Assembly (NCBI GenBank): GCA_964554145.1
Contig: CAZKNV010000001.1
Span: forward strand, 1 to 58,000
DNA from: an uncultured Burkholderiaceae bacterium
GTDB lineage: Bacteria; Pseudomonadota; Gammaproteobacteria; Burkholderiales; Burkholderiaceae_F
Direction: 5' to 3'
Length of the DNA stretch: 58,000 nucleotides
In this document: in pieces, positions 10,586 to 19,470 of the stretch
How positions within the stretch are numbered: position 1 is the stretch's first letter
Layout: every line of letters starts with the position of its first letter
Made by a program: the position numbers and the translations under genes
Notes under the pieces: model-generated
Databases searched by the model: none
The model's input: only the letters and a program-made list of their open reading frames with translations
What the model was told of the DNA's origin: nothing

Positions 10586-11980
10586 TTGTACGGCGCGGAC
10601 GCCGTCGGCGGCGTGATCAACGTCGTGACTCGTCGCGGCGCTGACGCGGCGAATGCACGGGCGTGGGGCGGAAGCTTTTCCAGCGCCGGGGCCGCAGCCG
10701 CGGCGACAGGCGCGATCGGTCCGCTTCGCGTGAGCGGCGCGAGCGACTACGCCCGATCCAGCGGGCATCGGCCCGGCACCGACTTCGAGCTGGTACAGGG
10801 GCGCATTGGCGCCGAGGTGAAAGTTGGCGGAGGTCGCGTGTCGAGCGATCTCGGAATCGGCGCGCGCGACTTCGGAGCCGCCGATTTCTACGCGCCGTTT
10901 CCATCGCACGAGCGCACTCGCAGCAGCACGGCTACGGTGTGCTACGAGTCGCGCCCTCAAGCCCCGTGGAGTTTGGGCGTCACCGCCAGCACACGCCGGC
11001 ACTCCGATCTCTTCACACTCGTGCGCGACGACCCTGCCGTGTATCAGAACAGACACGTATCCTCGCAGAGCTCGGGCGAGCTGGTGGCGCGCTATACTCC
11101 GTCGGGCGCGTGGGGCGTAGCGTTCGGTGGCGAGGCGGCCGACCTTCGGCTGCGCAGCGTGCGCCTCGGCGATCGAGACGAGACCCGTAGCGCTGTCTTC
11201 TCCGAGGCCACGCTGGGAACGGCGCGCAGCGCGACGGTCAATGGCGGGGTGCGAGTGGATCGCTCATCGGCGTATGGCGACTTCGTGTCACCGTCGGCGG
11301 CCGCCTCGCTTCCGCTGTACTCCAGGGTGTGGATACGGGGATCGGTAAGCCGCAGCTACCGGACGCCGACGTGGACCGACCGGTTCTACGAAGATCCGGG
11401 CAATGTCGGCGATCCTGACCTCGAGCCTGAGCGCTTCGTAGCGACTGAGATCGGGCTTCGATTTTTTCCGGCCGGCCGCATGACGGTTGACATCGCCGGC
11501 TTCACACGCGACGCAAAGGACGTGATCGAATGGGCGAGGCCCGTCGGCGCCGACCCTGCGACTCCGTGGCGTACGATGAACTTCGCATCGGCGACGTATC
11601 ACGGAATCGAGGCTCAGGTGAGTGCGCCAGCGATCCTCGGAGCGGACTGGCGCATCCACGCGACAGGTTTGCGCTTCAAGCCCAAGGGCGCCGATGGATT
11701 CGTGGGCAAGTACGCGCTGCGTCCGGTCACGCGGACGGTCGGCCTGTCCGCGTCAGCGCCGCTCGCCGGGAGCGTGCGAGTGACCGTCGACGGCGTTCAC
11801 GTGACGCGCCAGAATGAGGGATCCCATCTGCTCGCCAACGCGCGCGTGGCTTATACCTGGCGTGCGGTATCGTTGACGGTGGACGTGCTCAATCTTGCAA
11901 ACGACGAGTATCTGGACGCGTCGGCGAAGGACGTGGCTGGAAGGGCGGCGTATGTCGGAGCGCGGTGGAGAATGAGGTAG
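10586..11980 (+). pseudogene. TonB-dependent receptor fragment (end of plug + beta-barrel), lacking signal peptide and most of the plug
   Basis: Starts at the plug-end motif LYGADAVGGVINVVTRRG. The barrel shows typical alternating strands and a C-terminal aromatic-rich end (YVGARWRM). It abuts the MoxR fragment. Confidence 0.8.
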
Positions 11981-12190
11981 ACGGGGAGCCTTCGGAGCTC
12001 TGTTAGCGGACTCTCATGTTTTCCAAGGAAGCAAGGGTATCTCCTGATCCAAGAGCAGGAGTGCTAATCCGTGGGGCCGTCCTGCGCACGCTACTCCGAG
12101 GGTATCGGATCCGGCAGGCATCAACCGCCACCAGTTGACAGTACTAAGCCCTAGCTTAGCTTTCAGCTTAGTCAATTACCTAGAGGTGTT

Positions 12191-12535
12191 ATGAACTGGT
12201 CGAGTTGGATAAGCCTCCATTGGAGCGCGCTCGTGCAAGGCTTCAAGATCGATGCACCGCGTGCACTCGCGCCACTTGCAAAGGCCGGGTTTCGCGCAAC
12301 AGCGTTGGCCTCGCCGGAAGGACAGGTGGCTGATTGGGCCCTTTCCATGACTGACGGAAGCCGGATTCATGTTCACGTTTACCGCGACGGTCGACGAGTG
12401 GTACATCGCGACAAGTATGATCCAGCTCGGGGCATCGGCGCCATGATTGCGCATTTGGCGGCTGATACACCGTTGGGCTTCTTAGCACTCGTCGGCGGAA
12501 CTGTATGGCTGGCGAGCTCAACCAGTGAAGGATGA
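12191..12535 (+). CDS. hypothetical protein (114 aa) with hydrophobic C-terminal tail
   Basis: ORF whose stop overlaps the downstream XRE gene start by 4 nt (ATGA). The C-terminus PLGFLALVGGTVWLA is hydrophobic. No family recognised. Confidence 0.45.
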   Translation: MNWSSWISLHWSALVQGFKIDAPRALAPLAKAGFRATALASPEGQVADWALSMTDGSRIHVHVYRDGRRVVHRDKYDPARGIGAMIAHLAADTPLGFLALVGGTVWLASSTSEG

Positions 12536-12807
12536 CGTCAGCACAGCTGCAAAAACTCAGAGAGAGATTAGGGCTCTCCCAAGTGCAGTTGGCGCAACTG
12601 CTGGGCGTGCATCCGCTTACAGTCTCTAAATGGGAACGTGGCGTACTTGCGCCAACTCCGCACCAGAGTGCTCTTCTCGATTCGTTTGCGAAAGCTCGGG
12701 GGGCACGAAAGACCATCGGTGACGAGGTAGGGGAACTCTTATTAACGGCGGGCGTCGTAGTTGCGCTTTATACCTTGCTCAATGCCGCCTTCGGCGATGA
12801 TAAATGA
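12532..12807 (+). CDS. XRE-family helix-turn-helix protein with C-terminal hydrophobic segment
   Basis: Typical Cro/C1 HTH (LRERLGLSQVQLAQLLGVHPLTVSKWERG) and a C-terminal TM-like segment (ELLLTAGVVVALYTLLNAAF). Confidence 0.75.
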   Translation: MTSAQLQKLRERLGLSQVQLAQLLGVHPLTVSKWERGVLAPTPHQSALLDSFAKARGARKTIGDEVGELLLTAGVVVALYTLLNAAFGDDK

Positions 12808-12836
12808 AGGCGAGCCCGGGCTAGTTACCGCAACCA

Positions 12837-13554
12837 ATGAGGAAGAAGCGACCGCCAACGCTGTGCGCTTACTGCGGCAAGAGAGAGGCGACTACTCTCG
12901 ATCATATACCTCCGCGATCTCTCTTTCCCAGGCCGCGTCCAAAGAACCTTCTGACCATTCCTGCGTGTGAGAAGTGTCACAAAGCGTTCAACAAAGACGA
13001 CGAGTATTTCAAGCTCATTCTCGCAATGAAGCGCGAAACCGGAAATCACCCCAAAAGGAAAGGGTTGCTAGAGGGATTGCATCGTGGGCTTCTCAGGCCA
13101 GAGGGCCGCGCCCTCGCTCACTCCGTCGTCCGAACGCTGAGAGAGGTCCAGCTCCGTACTCCCGGCGGTATCTTGCTCGGCAATGCGGCAGCATACCAGC
13201 CAGATTGGAATCGTTTAGAAGCTGTCGCGGCTCGAGTGGTCAGGGGCCTTTTTTGGAAAGAGTACGGGCATCCTGTTCCGTCGGATCATGAAGTTCGGGT
13301 GCAACCGATCCTTCAGTATACGGATGGGCTGGTCAACGAGGCGGCTGTTGTATTTGCGGGTCGAGAAAGGCGGGGAGATAGGGGAGGGTGTGTTCTCATA
13401 TGTGTTTACTAATACGGAAGACAACGGAGGAACGGTGTGGATTTTAGAATTCTTCCAGGATGTGAATTTTTTTGCAATCACCGTCGATCCAACAAACCCG
13501 GATTACCTTGCGGCGGTTGCGAAGCGAGCAGCTCCACGAGACAGAAACCATTAG
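12837..13554 (+). pseudogene. HNH-like Cys/His-motif protein, apparently frameshifted near 13360
   Basis: The N-terminus reads CAYCGKREATTLDHIPPRS...CEKCHKAFNKDDEYF (CxxC...DH...CxxCH). The frame ends at 13412, but the +1 frame (13288-13554) continues with GC3-consistent coding sequence (EKGGEIGEGVFSYVFTNTEDNGGTVWILEFF). Confidence 0.55.
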
Positions 13555-13618
13555 TGCTCGTTGTATCGGGCGCCCCCGCGCGAGACGGAGCCATCTGCCG
13601 AATCCTGAGTCCCTCCGG

Positions 13619-14041
13619 TTAGAGATTGAGAATTTTCCAGGCGGTAAGCGCGGTGAGCCCCAAGAGAAGAAAAGCGTTCCGCACCAAAGCTGCCCATTTC
13701 CCCCGCGAATTTAGCTCCTCAATCGCGTGCTGAATCTTCTCAACTTCGGCGGCGTGGAGCTTTATTGCCTCAGGGAGCTGTTGCGGGCCGAGCTTCACAT
13801 CCGGCCCGGTCATGTACACGCCAGCACCCTTCAACTGCGCCTCATGTAGAGACGTCAGGTCTTCGCCGATCGACACGTGGGCAACTGAGATTCGAGCGAC
13901 GTCCACTCTCATAGATAAGTGCCACAGACGACTCCCAACGGCGGCGAGCAAGAACAGCCATGAAAGCGGCAGAAGCAGACGGAAGACTTCTCGGCGACGC
14001 AGGTCCGGCCCGAAAACAAGAACAGCCTGGGCGCATTGCAT
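13619..14041 (-). CDS. hypothetical membrane protein (140 aa)
   Basis: ORF with hydrophobic segments at both ends (LLLPLSWLFLLAAVG; AFLLLGLTALTAW). It starts 22 nt from the tRNA-like fragment. Confidence 0.45.
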   Translation of the reverse strand: MQCAQAVLVFGPDLRRREVFRLLLPLSWLFLLAAVGSRLWHLSMRVDVARISVAHVSIGEDLTSLHEAQLKGAGVYMTGPDVKLGPQQLPEAIKLHAAEVEKIQHAIEELNSRGKWAALVRNAFLLLGLTALTAWKILNL

Positions 14042-14062
14042 CGCGTGAGGCTGTTCGTTCAG

Positions 14063-14226
14063 TCGGGGCGACTGGATTTGAACCAGTGACCTCCCGCTCC
14101 CAAAGCAGGCCGAGACACTTCACAACTCAGACAAATTGTCGGCTTATAGAGGGGAATCGAGCGTCGGAACCGGTTTTCCCAAACCACGATGTCGTGCTTT
14201 GCCGTGAGAAACAGACCCCCAAACTG
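14063..14226 (-). repeat. Copy 2 of the ~165-bp module: tRNA-Pro(UGG) 3' fragment (anticodon arm, T-arm, acceptor 3' strand) plus conserved flank
   Basis: The reverse complement of 14063-14110 is GCCTGC-TTTGGGA-GCGGG AGGTC ACTGG-TTCAAAT-CCAGT CGCCCCG A. The required 5' strand CGGGGCG is absent upstream. The flank is collinear with 97-212. Confidence 0.6.
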
Positions 14227-14663
14227 ACCCCGGGCAGATCGTTTTAGGCGAGCGCAAGAGATTCAGCCCACGTAATCAGGTGCGCGTATCGCTCTGGGGG
14301 CGCCCTTGAAAGTGCAGCGCCACGACCACTGCGGCCCATAGAGCTGTCGCGAGGATGAATCGCATAGCTGCTTACCGATCGTGGCCCGCTCCCGCGGTCA
14401 ACCAATACAAAATGGCGAGCGCGAGCCCACTCAAGATCGGAGCAGGCGCTTGAGACGTGTGCGGCCCTTCATCCCAATACGCGCACGATTGCGTTCGGCG
14501 ATCTATTCCTCGAAGAAGAGCGCGCGTATCGAGAGCGCCTGTTCGCGCGGACTGCGTTGACGCCACTGTCCCCATTGTTGGGCGAGGAGACGCTGCGGCT
14601 CGCGCGGCGGTGCGTTGCCCCCTGTACGAACGCAGACCACGACGCGAACGGCGCGCGCGCCCC

Positions 14664-14693
14664 TTGACTCGCGAGCACTTACTTCCTTATTGT
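14664..14693 (+). promoter_or_regulatory. candidate sigma-70-type promoter for the riboswitch/nrd operon
   Basis: TTGACT (14664-14669), 18-nt spacer, TATTGT (14688-14693), just upstream of the riboswitch. Confidence 0.3.
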
Positions 14694-14704
14694 AGCGATA
14701 AGTC

Positions 14705-14895
14705 ATAAGGTTCTCCGGGTTTTCACGATCCGGAGCGAAGAGGGAATCCGGTGCGTCGCGTCGCGACAAAGCCGGGGCTGCCCCCGCAACTGTAAACGGC
14801 GAGCCGTCTGTCGATCAGGGTCACTGATGGGGTAACCCATTGGGAAGGCCAGACAGATTAGGACGACGACCCGCGAGCCAGGAGACCTGCCTTTG
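14705..14895 (+). promoter_or_regulatory. Cobalamin (B12) riboswitch
   Basis: Contains the conserved core AGGGAATCCGGTG...AAGCCGGGGCTGCCCCCGCAACTGTAA, then GGTCACTG...GGGAAGGCC, and the B12 box GAGCCAGGAGACCTGCC (14874-14891). It lies upstream of nrdA. Confidence 0.9.
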
Positions 14896-15023
14896 ACCGA
14901 GAAAGCTGTCATCGGGCGGGGTGTCCTGGTGGGTCGCTGGCCAATCGTGCGACGGCATTCCGCCGTTCCGTTTGATGGCACGCATCCATCCACCCCGACC
15001 TTCACTTCCGACGGGGTCCGCGA

Positions 15024-17870
15024 ATGCGCCTCACACATGAGTTTCAGCCGGCCGAGGCACATGCCTCGGTCCTCACGGTTCTTCCGCCGGCGCGGCCGGC
15101 GTCCGCACCGGGTTACACCGTCATCCGCCGCAACGGCACGGTCACGGCGTTCGACGCTACGAAAATATCCGTGGCGCTCACGAAAGCGTTCCTCGCCGTG
15201 GAAGGGACGTCCTCCGGCGCATCGCAGCGCGTCCGTGATATCGTCCAAGAACTGACCGCGCAGATCGTTGCGGCGCTCACGCAACGCGCTATCGATGGCC
15301 GCACCTTCCACATAGAAGACATTCAGGACCAGGCTGAACTGGCTCTGATGCGCGCAGAGCACCACAAGGTGGCGCGCGCTTATGTCCTCTACCGGGAGGA
15401 GCGCGCCAAGGCACGACGGGCCTCGGCCTTGCCTGCCGCGACAGCAGAGCCCGCGTTGCACGCGATCGGTACCGACGGAACGGCCCGACCGCTCGATCTC
15501 GCACGCCTCACGCTGGTGGTCGAGGAGGCGTGTGCCGACCTCGACGGTGTCTCTGCGGCCACGGTGCTCGCCGAGACGCGACGCAACCTGTACGATGGCA
15601 TCGCGGCCGAGGAGTTGGCGGTCGCTCCGATTCTCGCCGCGCGCGCGCTGATCGACACCGAACCACACTACACGTTCGTCGCGGCTCGACTCCTGCTCGA
15701 CAAGCTCCGTCGCGAAGCACTCACGTTCGTCCAAGGCCGCTTCGTCGAAGCGAGCCATGCGGAGATGGACGGCTACGCCGACTACTTCCCCGACTTCGTG
15801 CGCCGCGGTGTCGCGCTCGAGCTCCTTGATCCCGAACTCGGACGCTTCGACCTCGGGGCGCTCGCAGCGGCCATCAAGCCAGAGCGTGATCTCGCGTTCC
15901 AGTTCCTGGGGCTGCAGACGCTCTACGACCGCTATCTCATTCACAGTGAGGGCCACCGATTCGAATTGCCGCAGGCCTTCTTTATGCGGGTCGCGATGGG
16001 GCTCGCCATCCGCGAGCTCGATCGCGAGGCCAGGACGATCGAGTTCTACGACGTGTTGTCGTCGTTCGCGTTCATGTGCTCGACCCCGACGCTGTTCAAC
16101 GCCGGTACGCTGCGTCCGCAGCTCTCGTCCTGCTTTCTCACCACGGTGCCGGACGATCTTGACGGAATCTTCAAGTCGGTCAAGGACAACGCGCTCCTCT
16201 CCAAGTACGCCGGCGGGCTCGGCAACGACTGGACCCGTGTACGCGGACTGGGCGCACGCATCAAGGGAACCAATGGAGCGTCGCAGGGCGTCGTGCCGTT
16301 TTTGAAAGTCGCGAACGACACGGCGATCGCTGTGAACCAGGGGGGAAAGCGCAAGGGTGCGGTCTGCGCCTATCTTGAGACCTGGCACGTCGACATCGAG
16401 CAGTTTCTCGAGCTGCGCAAGAACACGGGAGACGATCGCCGTCGCACGCACGACATGAACACAGCGAACTGGGTGCCGGACGTGTTCATGGAGCGTGTAG
16501 CCGAAGACCGAGCATGGACGCTGTTTTCTCCCGACGAGGTGCCGGATCTGCACGATCTGTACGGCCGAGCGTTCGCGGAGCGGTACGCTGCTTACGAGAC
16601 AAAGGCTGAGCGCGGCGAGATGAAAGTGTACCGCCAGGTGCGCGCGACCGACCTATGGCGGCGGATGCTCACGATGCTGTTCGAGACGGGACACCCGTGG
16701 ATCACGTTCAAGGATCCCTGCAACATTCGCTCACCGCAGCGTCACACCGGCGTGGTTCACTCGTCGAACCTGTGCACGGAGATCACGCTGAACACCTCGG
16801 ACCAGGAGGTCGCGGTGTGTAACCTCGGCTCCGTCAACCTAGCCGCGCACGTCGGCGACAATGGTCTCGACGTCGAGCGCGTAGCGCGGACAGTGCGCAC
16901 GGCGGTCCGCATGCTCGACAACGTCATCGACGTCAACTACTACACGATCCCCGAAGCACGTCGATCGAACCTGCGACATCGCCCCATCGGCCTCGGGATA
17001 ATGGGCTTTCAGGACGTCCTCCAGCAGCTGCGTCTCCCCCTCGCGTCGGAAGAAGCGGTGCGCTTTGCCGACGAGAGCATGGAGACCGTCAGCTACCACG
17101 CGATCGACGCTTCCGCCGATCTCGCGGCCGAGCGCGGCCGCTACCCATCGTTCGACGGCTCGTTGTGGAGCCGCGGCATCCTGCCCATCGATTCGATAGC
17201 TCTTCTCGCGGAGGAGCGTGGCGGGACACTCGAGTTGGACACGTCGACCCGGCTCGACTGGGACACGCTGCGGGAACGAGTGCGGACCGTCGGCATGCGT
17301 AATTCGAACGTGCTGGCGATCGCGCCGACCGCGACGATCGCGAATATCTGCGGAGTAAGCCAATCCATCGAGCCTGCGTACCGGAACCTGTACGTGAAGG
17401 CGAATATGTCGGGGGATTTCACTGTCATGAACCTGCACCTCGTCGCGGACTTGAAGGCGCGCGGATTGTGGGACAAGGTGATGGTGAGCGACCTGAAGTA
17501 CTTCGACGGGAGCTTGGGAGCGATCGGTCGGATCCCGGCAGATCTCAAGCTGCTGTACGTGACGGCGTTCGAAATCGACCCTGTGTGGCTCGTTGAGGCC
17601 GCAGCGCGGCGGCAGAAGTGGATCGACCAAGCGCAGTCGCTCAATCTGTATCTCGCCGAGCCGAACGGACGGAAGCTCGATGCGCTGTATCGGCTGGCGT
17701 GGCGGCGCGGGCTGAAGACGACGTACTACCTGCGTTCGCAGAGTGCGACGCACGTGGAAAAGAGCACCCTGAACGGCACGGACGGCAAGCTCAACGCCGT
17801 CGCGCCGGCGCTGGCGATGTCGGGTACCGCGTGCGACAGCGAGAACGGCCCTTGCGAGGTATGTCAGTGA
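15024..17870 (+). CDS. nrdA: Ribonucleoside-diphosphate reductase class Ia, alpha subunit
   Basis: 948 aa with an ATP-cone ([24 protein letters not shown]), active-site SNLCTEITL and C-terminal Cys pair (CEVCQ). The exact start is uncertain because a hairpin lies at 15050-15067. Confidence 0.95.
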   Translation: MRLTHEFQPAEAHASVLTVLPPARPASAPGYTVIRRNGTVTAFDATKISVALTKAFLAVEGTSSGASQRVRDIVQELTAQIVAALTQRAIDGRTFHIEDIQDQAELALMRAEHHKVARAYVLYREERAKARRASALPAATAEPALHAIGTDGTARPLDLARLTLVVEEACADLDGVSAATVLAETRRNLYDGIAAEELAVAPILAARALIDTEPHYTFVAARLLLDKLRREALTFVQGRFVEASHAEMDGYADYFPDFVRRGVALELLDPELGRFDLGALAAAIKPERDLAFQFLGLQTLYDRYLIHSEGHRFELPQAFFMRVAMGLAIRELDREARTIEFYDVLSSFAFMCSTPTLFNAGTLRPQLSSCFLTTVPDDLDGIFKSVKDNALLSKYAGGLGNDWTRVRGLGARIKGTNGASQGVVPFLKVANDTAIAVNQGGKRKGAVCAYLETWHVDIEQFLELRKNTGDDRRRTHDMNTANWVPDVFMERVAEDRAWTLFSPDEVPDLHDLYGRAFAERYAAYETKAERGEMKVYRQVRATDLWRRMLTMLFETGHPWITFKDPCNIRSPQRHTGVVHSSNLCTEITLNTSDQEVAVCNLGSVNLAAHVGDNGLDVERVARTVRTAVRMLDNVIDVNYYTIPEARRSNLRHRPIGLGIMGFQDVLQQLRLPLASEEAVRFADESMETVSYHAIDASADLAAERGRYPSFDGSLWSRGILPIDSIALLAEERGGTLELDTSTRLDWDTLRERVRTVGMRNSNVLAIAPTATIANICGVSQSIEPAYRNLYVKANMSGDFTVMNLHLVADLKARGLWDKVMVSDLKYFDGSLGAIGRIPADLKLLYVTAFEIDPVWLVEAAARRQKWIDQAQSLNLYLAEPNGRKLDALYRLAWRRGLKTTYYLRSQSATHVEKSTLNGTDGKLNAVAPALAMSGTACDSENGPCEVCQ

Positions 17871-19027
17871 CCGGGCCGCGCAGTGTGGCCGTTCCGGCCC
17901 TCGACTGGTCCAAGCCTTTCGAGCCGATCGTGGCATTCTCTACACCAGCGACGCCACCGCCCGCGCCAGCAGGGGACGGCACCGGCCTCGGCACGATCGA
18001 ACGCGGCGGCTCGCGTGTCAGCGTGGACGACAAGGCGATGATCAACTGCCGTGCGGACGTCAATCAGTTGCTGCCACTCAAGTACCGCTGGGCGTGGGAG
18101 AAGTATCTCGCTGCTTGCAACAACCATTGGATGCCGACCGAGGTCTCGATGCAGGCGGACATCGCGCTTTGGACTTCGCGCGATGGGCTGAGCGACGACG
18201 AGCGCCGCGCCGTGAAACGCAACCTCGGGTTCTTCGCTGCATCGGAGTCGCTCGTCGCGAACAATGTTGTGCTCGCCATCTACCGCCATCTCACCAACCC
18301 CGAATGCCGCCAATACCTGCTTCGTCAGGCATTCGAAGAGGCGGTGCATACACACACCTTCCAGTACATCGTCGAGAGCCTGGGGTTGGATGAGGGCGAG
18401 CTGTTCAACATGTACCGTGAGATCCCCTCCATCGCGGACAAAGCAGCATGGGCACTCTACTACACTCGCCATCTTGCCGATCCTGGATTTCGCACGGGCA
18501 CACAGGATGCCGACCAATCGTTTGTACGCGACCTCGTAGCGTTCTATGTGGTGTTCGAAGGAATGTGGTTCTACACTGGGTTCGCGCAGATCCTCGCGCT
18601 TGGCCGGCGCAACAGGATGGTGGGCATCGCTGAGCAGTACCAGTACATCCTGCGCGACGAGTCGCTGCACCTGAATTTCGGCATCGACGTCATCAACCAG
18701 ATCCGCCTGGAGAACCCGCACCTGTGGACACTGGCGTTCCAGCGCGAGGTGCGACGCATGCTGGAGGAAGCCTGTGCGCTTGAGGTTGCGCACGGCCGCG
18801 ACACGATGCCCCGCGGATTTCTCGGGTTAAACGCGGCACTGTGCGAGCAGTACATGCACTTCATCGCCAACCGTCGCTGCGCGCAACTCGGGCTCGACCC
18901 GGTGTTCGCCGATACCGCGAATCCCTTTCCCTGGATGTCTGAGGTGATGGACCACAAGAAGGAAAAGAACTTCTTTGAAACACGAGTGATCGAGTACCAG
19001 AACGGTGGAGCGCTGAGGTGGGAGTGA
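17861..19027 (+). CDS. nrdB: Ribonucleoside-diphosphate reductase beta subunit
   Basis: Di-iron ligand motifs [11 protein letters not shown] and RDESLHLNF. The ATG at 17861 overlaps the nrdA stop by 10 nt, so the longer ORF-track start at 17618 is inside nrdA. Confidence 0.9.
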   Translation: MSVTGPRSVAVPALDWSKPFEPIVAFSTPATPPPAPAGDGTGLGTIERGGSRVSVDDKAMINCRADVNQLLPLKYRWAWEKYLAACNNHWMPTEVSMQADIALWTSRDGLSDDERRAVKRNLGFFAASESLVANNVVLAIYRHLTNPECRQYLLRQAFEEAVHTHTFQYIVESLGLDEGELFNMYREIPSIADKAAWALYYTRHLADPGFRTGTQDADQSFVRDLVAFYVVFEGMWFYTGFAQILALGRRNRMVGIAEQYQYILRDESLHLNFGIDVINQIRLENPHLWTLAFQREVRRMLEEACALEVAHGRDTMPRGFLGLNAALCEQYMHFIANRRCAQLGLDPVFADTANPFPWMSEVMDHKKEKNFFETRVIEYQNGGALRWE

Positions 19028-19470
19028 CTGTTCAGGCTACCCATGTCGAGAGGATCGAGGCTAGCCAAATCACCGAAGCACGGCTGCTCGAGATGGTCTT
19101 CCCGGAACAAGCGAACCACTATGGAACGCTGTTCGGCGGCCAAGCCCTCGCGCTCATGGACAAGGCGGCGTTCATCGTGGCGTCGCGCTATGCGCGACGC
19201 AAGGTCGTGACCGCGAGCAGCGAGAAGGTCGACTTTCACGTTTCCGTTCGACAAGGCCAGCTCGTCGAGCTCATGGCGCGCATCGTTACAACCGGCCGCA
19301 CATCGATGATCGTAGAGGTTGATCTCTACGCCGAGGATCTCCTCACGGGCGAGCGCCAGATCGGTACCCACGGCCGTTTTGTGCTGGTCGCGCTCGACGC
19401 GGACGACAAGCCCACCGAAGTTCCCGCACTCGCGAGCGCTGCGCACTGCTCAGAACGCGGGAGCTCATGA
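19018..19470 (+). CDS. Acyl-CoA thioesterase (hotdog fold, YciA-like)
   Basis: Contains [33 protein letters not shown]...[12 protein letters not shown]. It overlaps the nrdB stop and the metE start. Confidence 0.8.
   Translation: MGVTVQATHVERIEASQITEARLLEMVFPEQANHYGTLFGGQALALMDKAAFIVASRYARRKVVTASSEKVDFHVSVRQGQLVELMARIVTTGRTSMIVEVDLYAEDLLTGERQIGTHGRFVLVALDADDKPTEVPALASAAHCSERGSS

Noticed and set aside
14063-14226. Intact tRNA-Pro gene or tmRNA
   Set aside because: The 5' acceptor strand (CGGGGCG) and the D-arm cannot be found upstream. tmRNA lacks an anticodon arm, and the 5'/3' ends do not match tmRNA consensus. It is kept only as a tRNA-derived fragment or repeat.
14241-14700. Several short minus-strand ORFs (30-88 aa) between the tRNA-like module and the riboswitch
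   Set aside because: They are fragmented across three frames with no motifs. They may be the residue of a decayed gene or element arm. Support is not enough to annotate them.
14703-16553. 616-aa ORF on the minus strand (also 16839-17936, 17864-18793 and 18571-19446, all minus)
   Set aside because: These ORFs are antisense to the unmistakable nrdA/nrdB genes and overlap the riboswitch. They are Arg/Pro/Gly-rich with no motifs. This is a typical high-GC antisense open frame.
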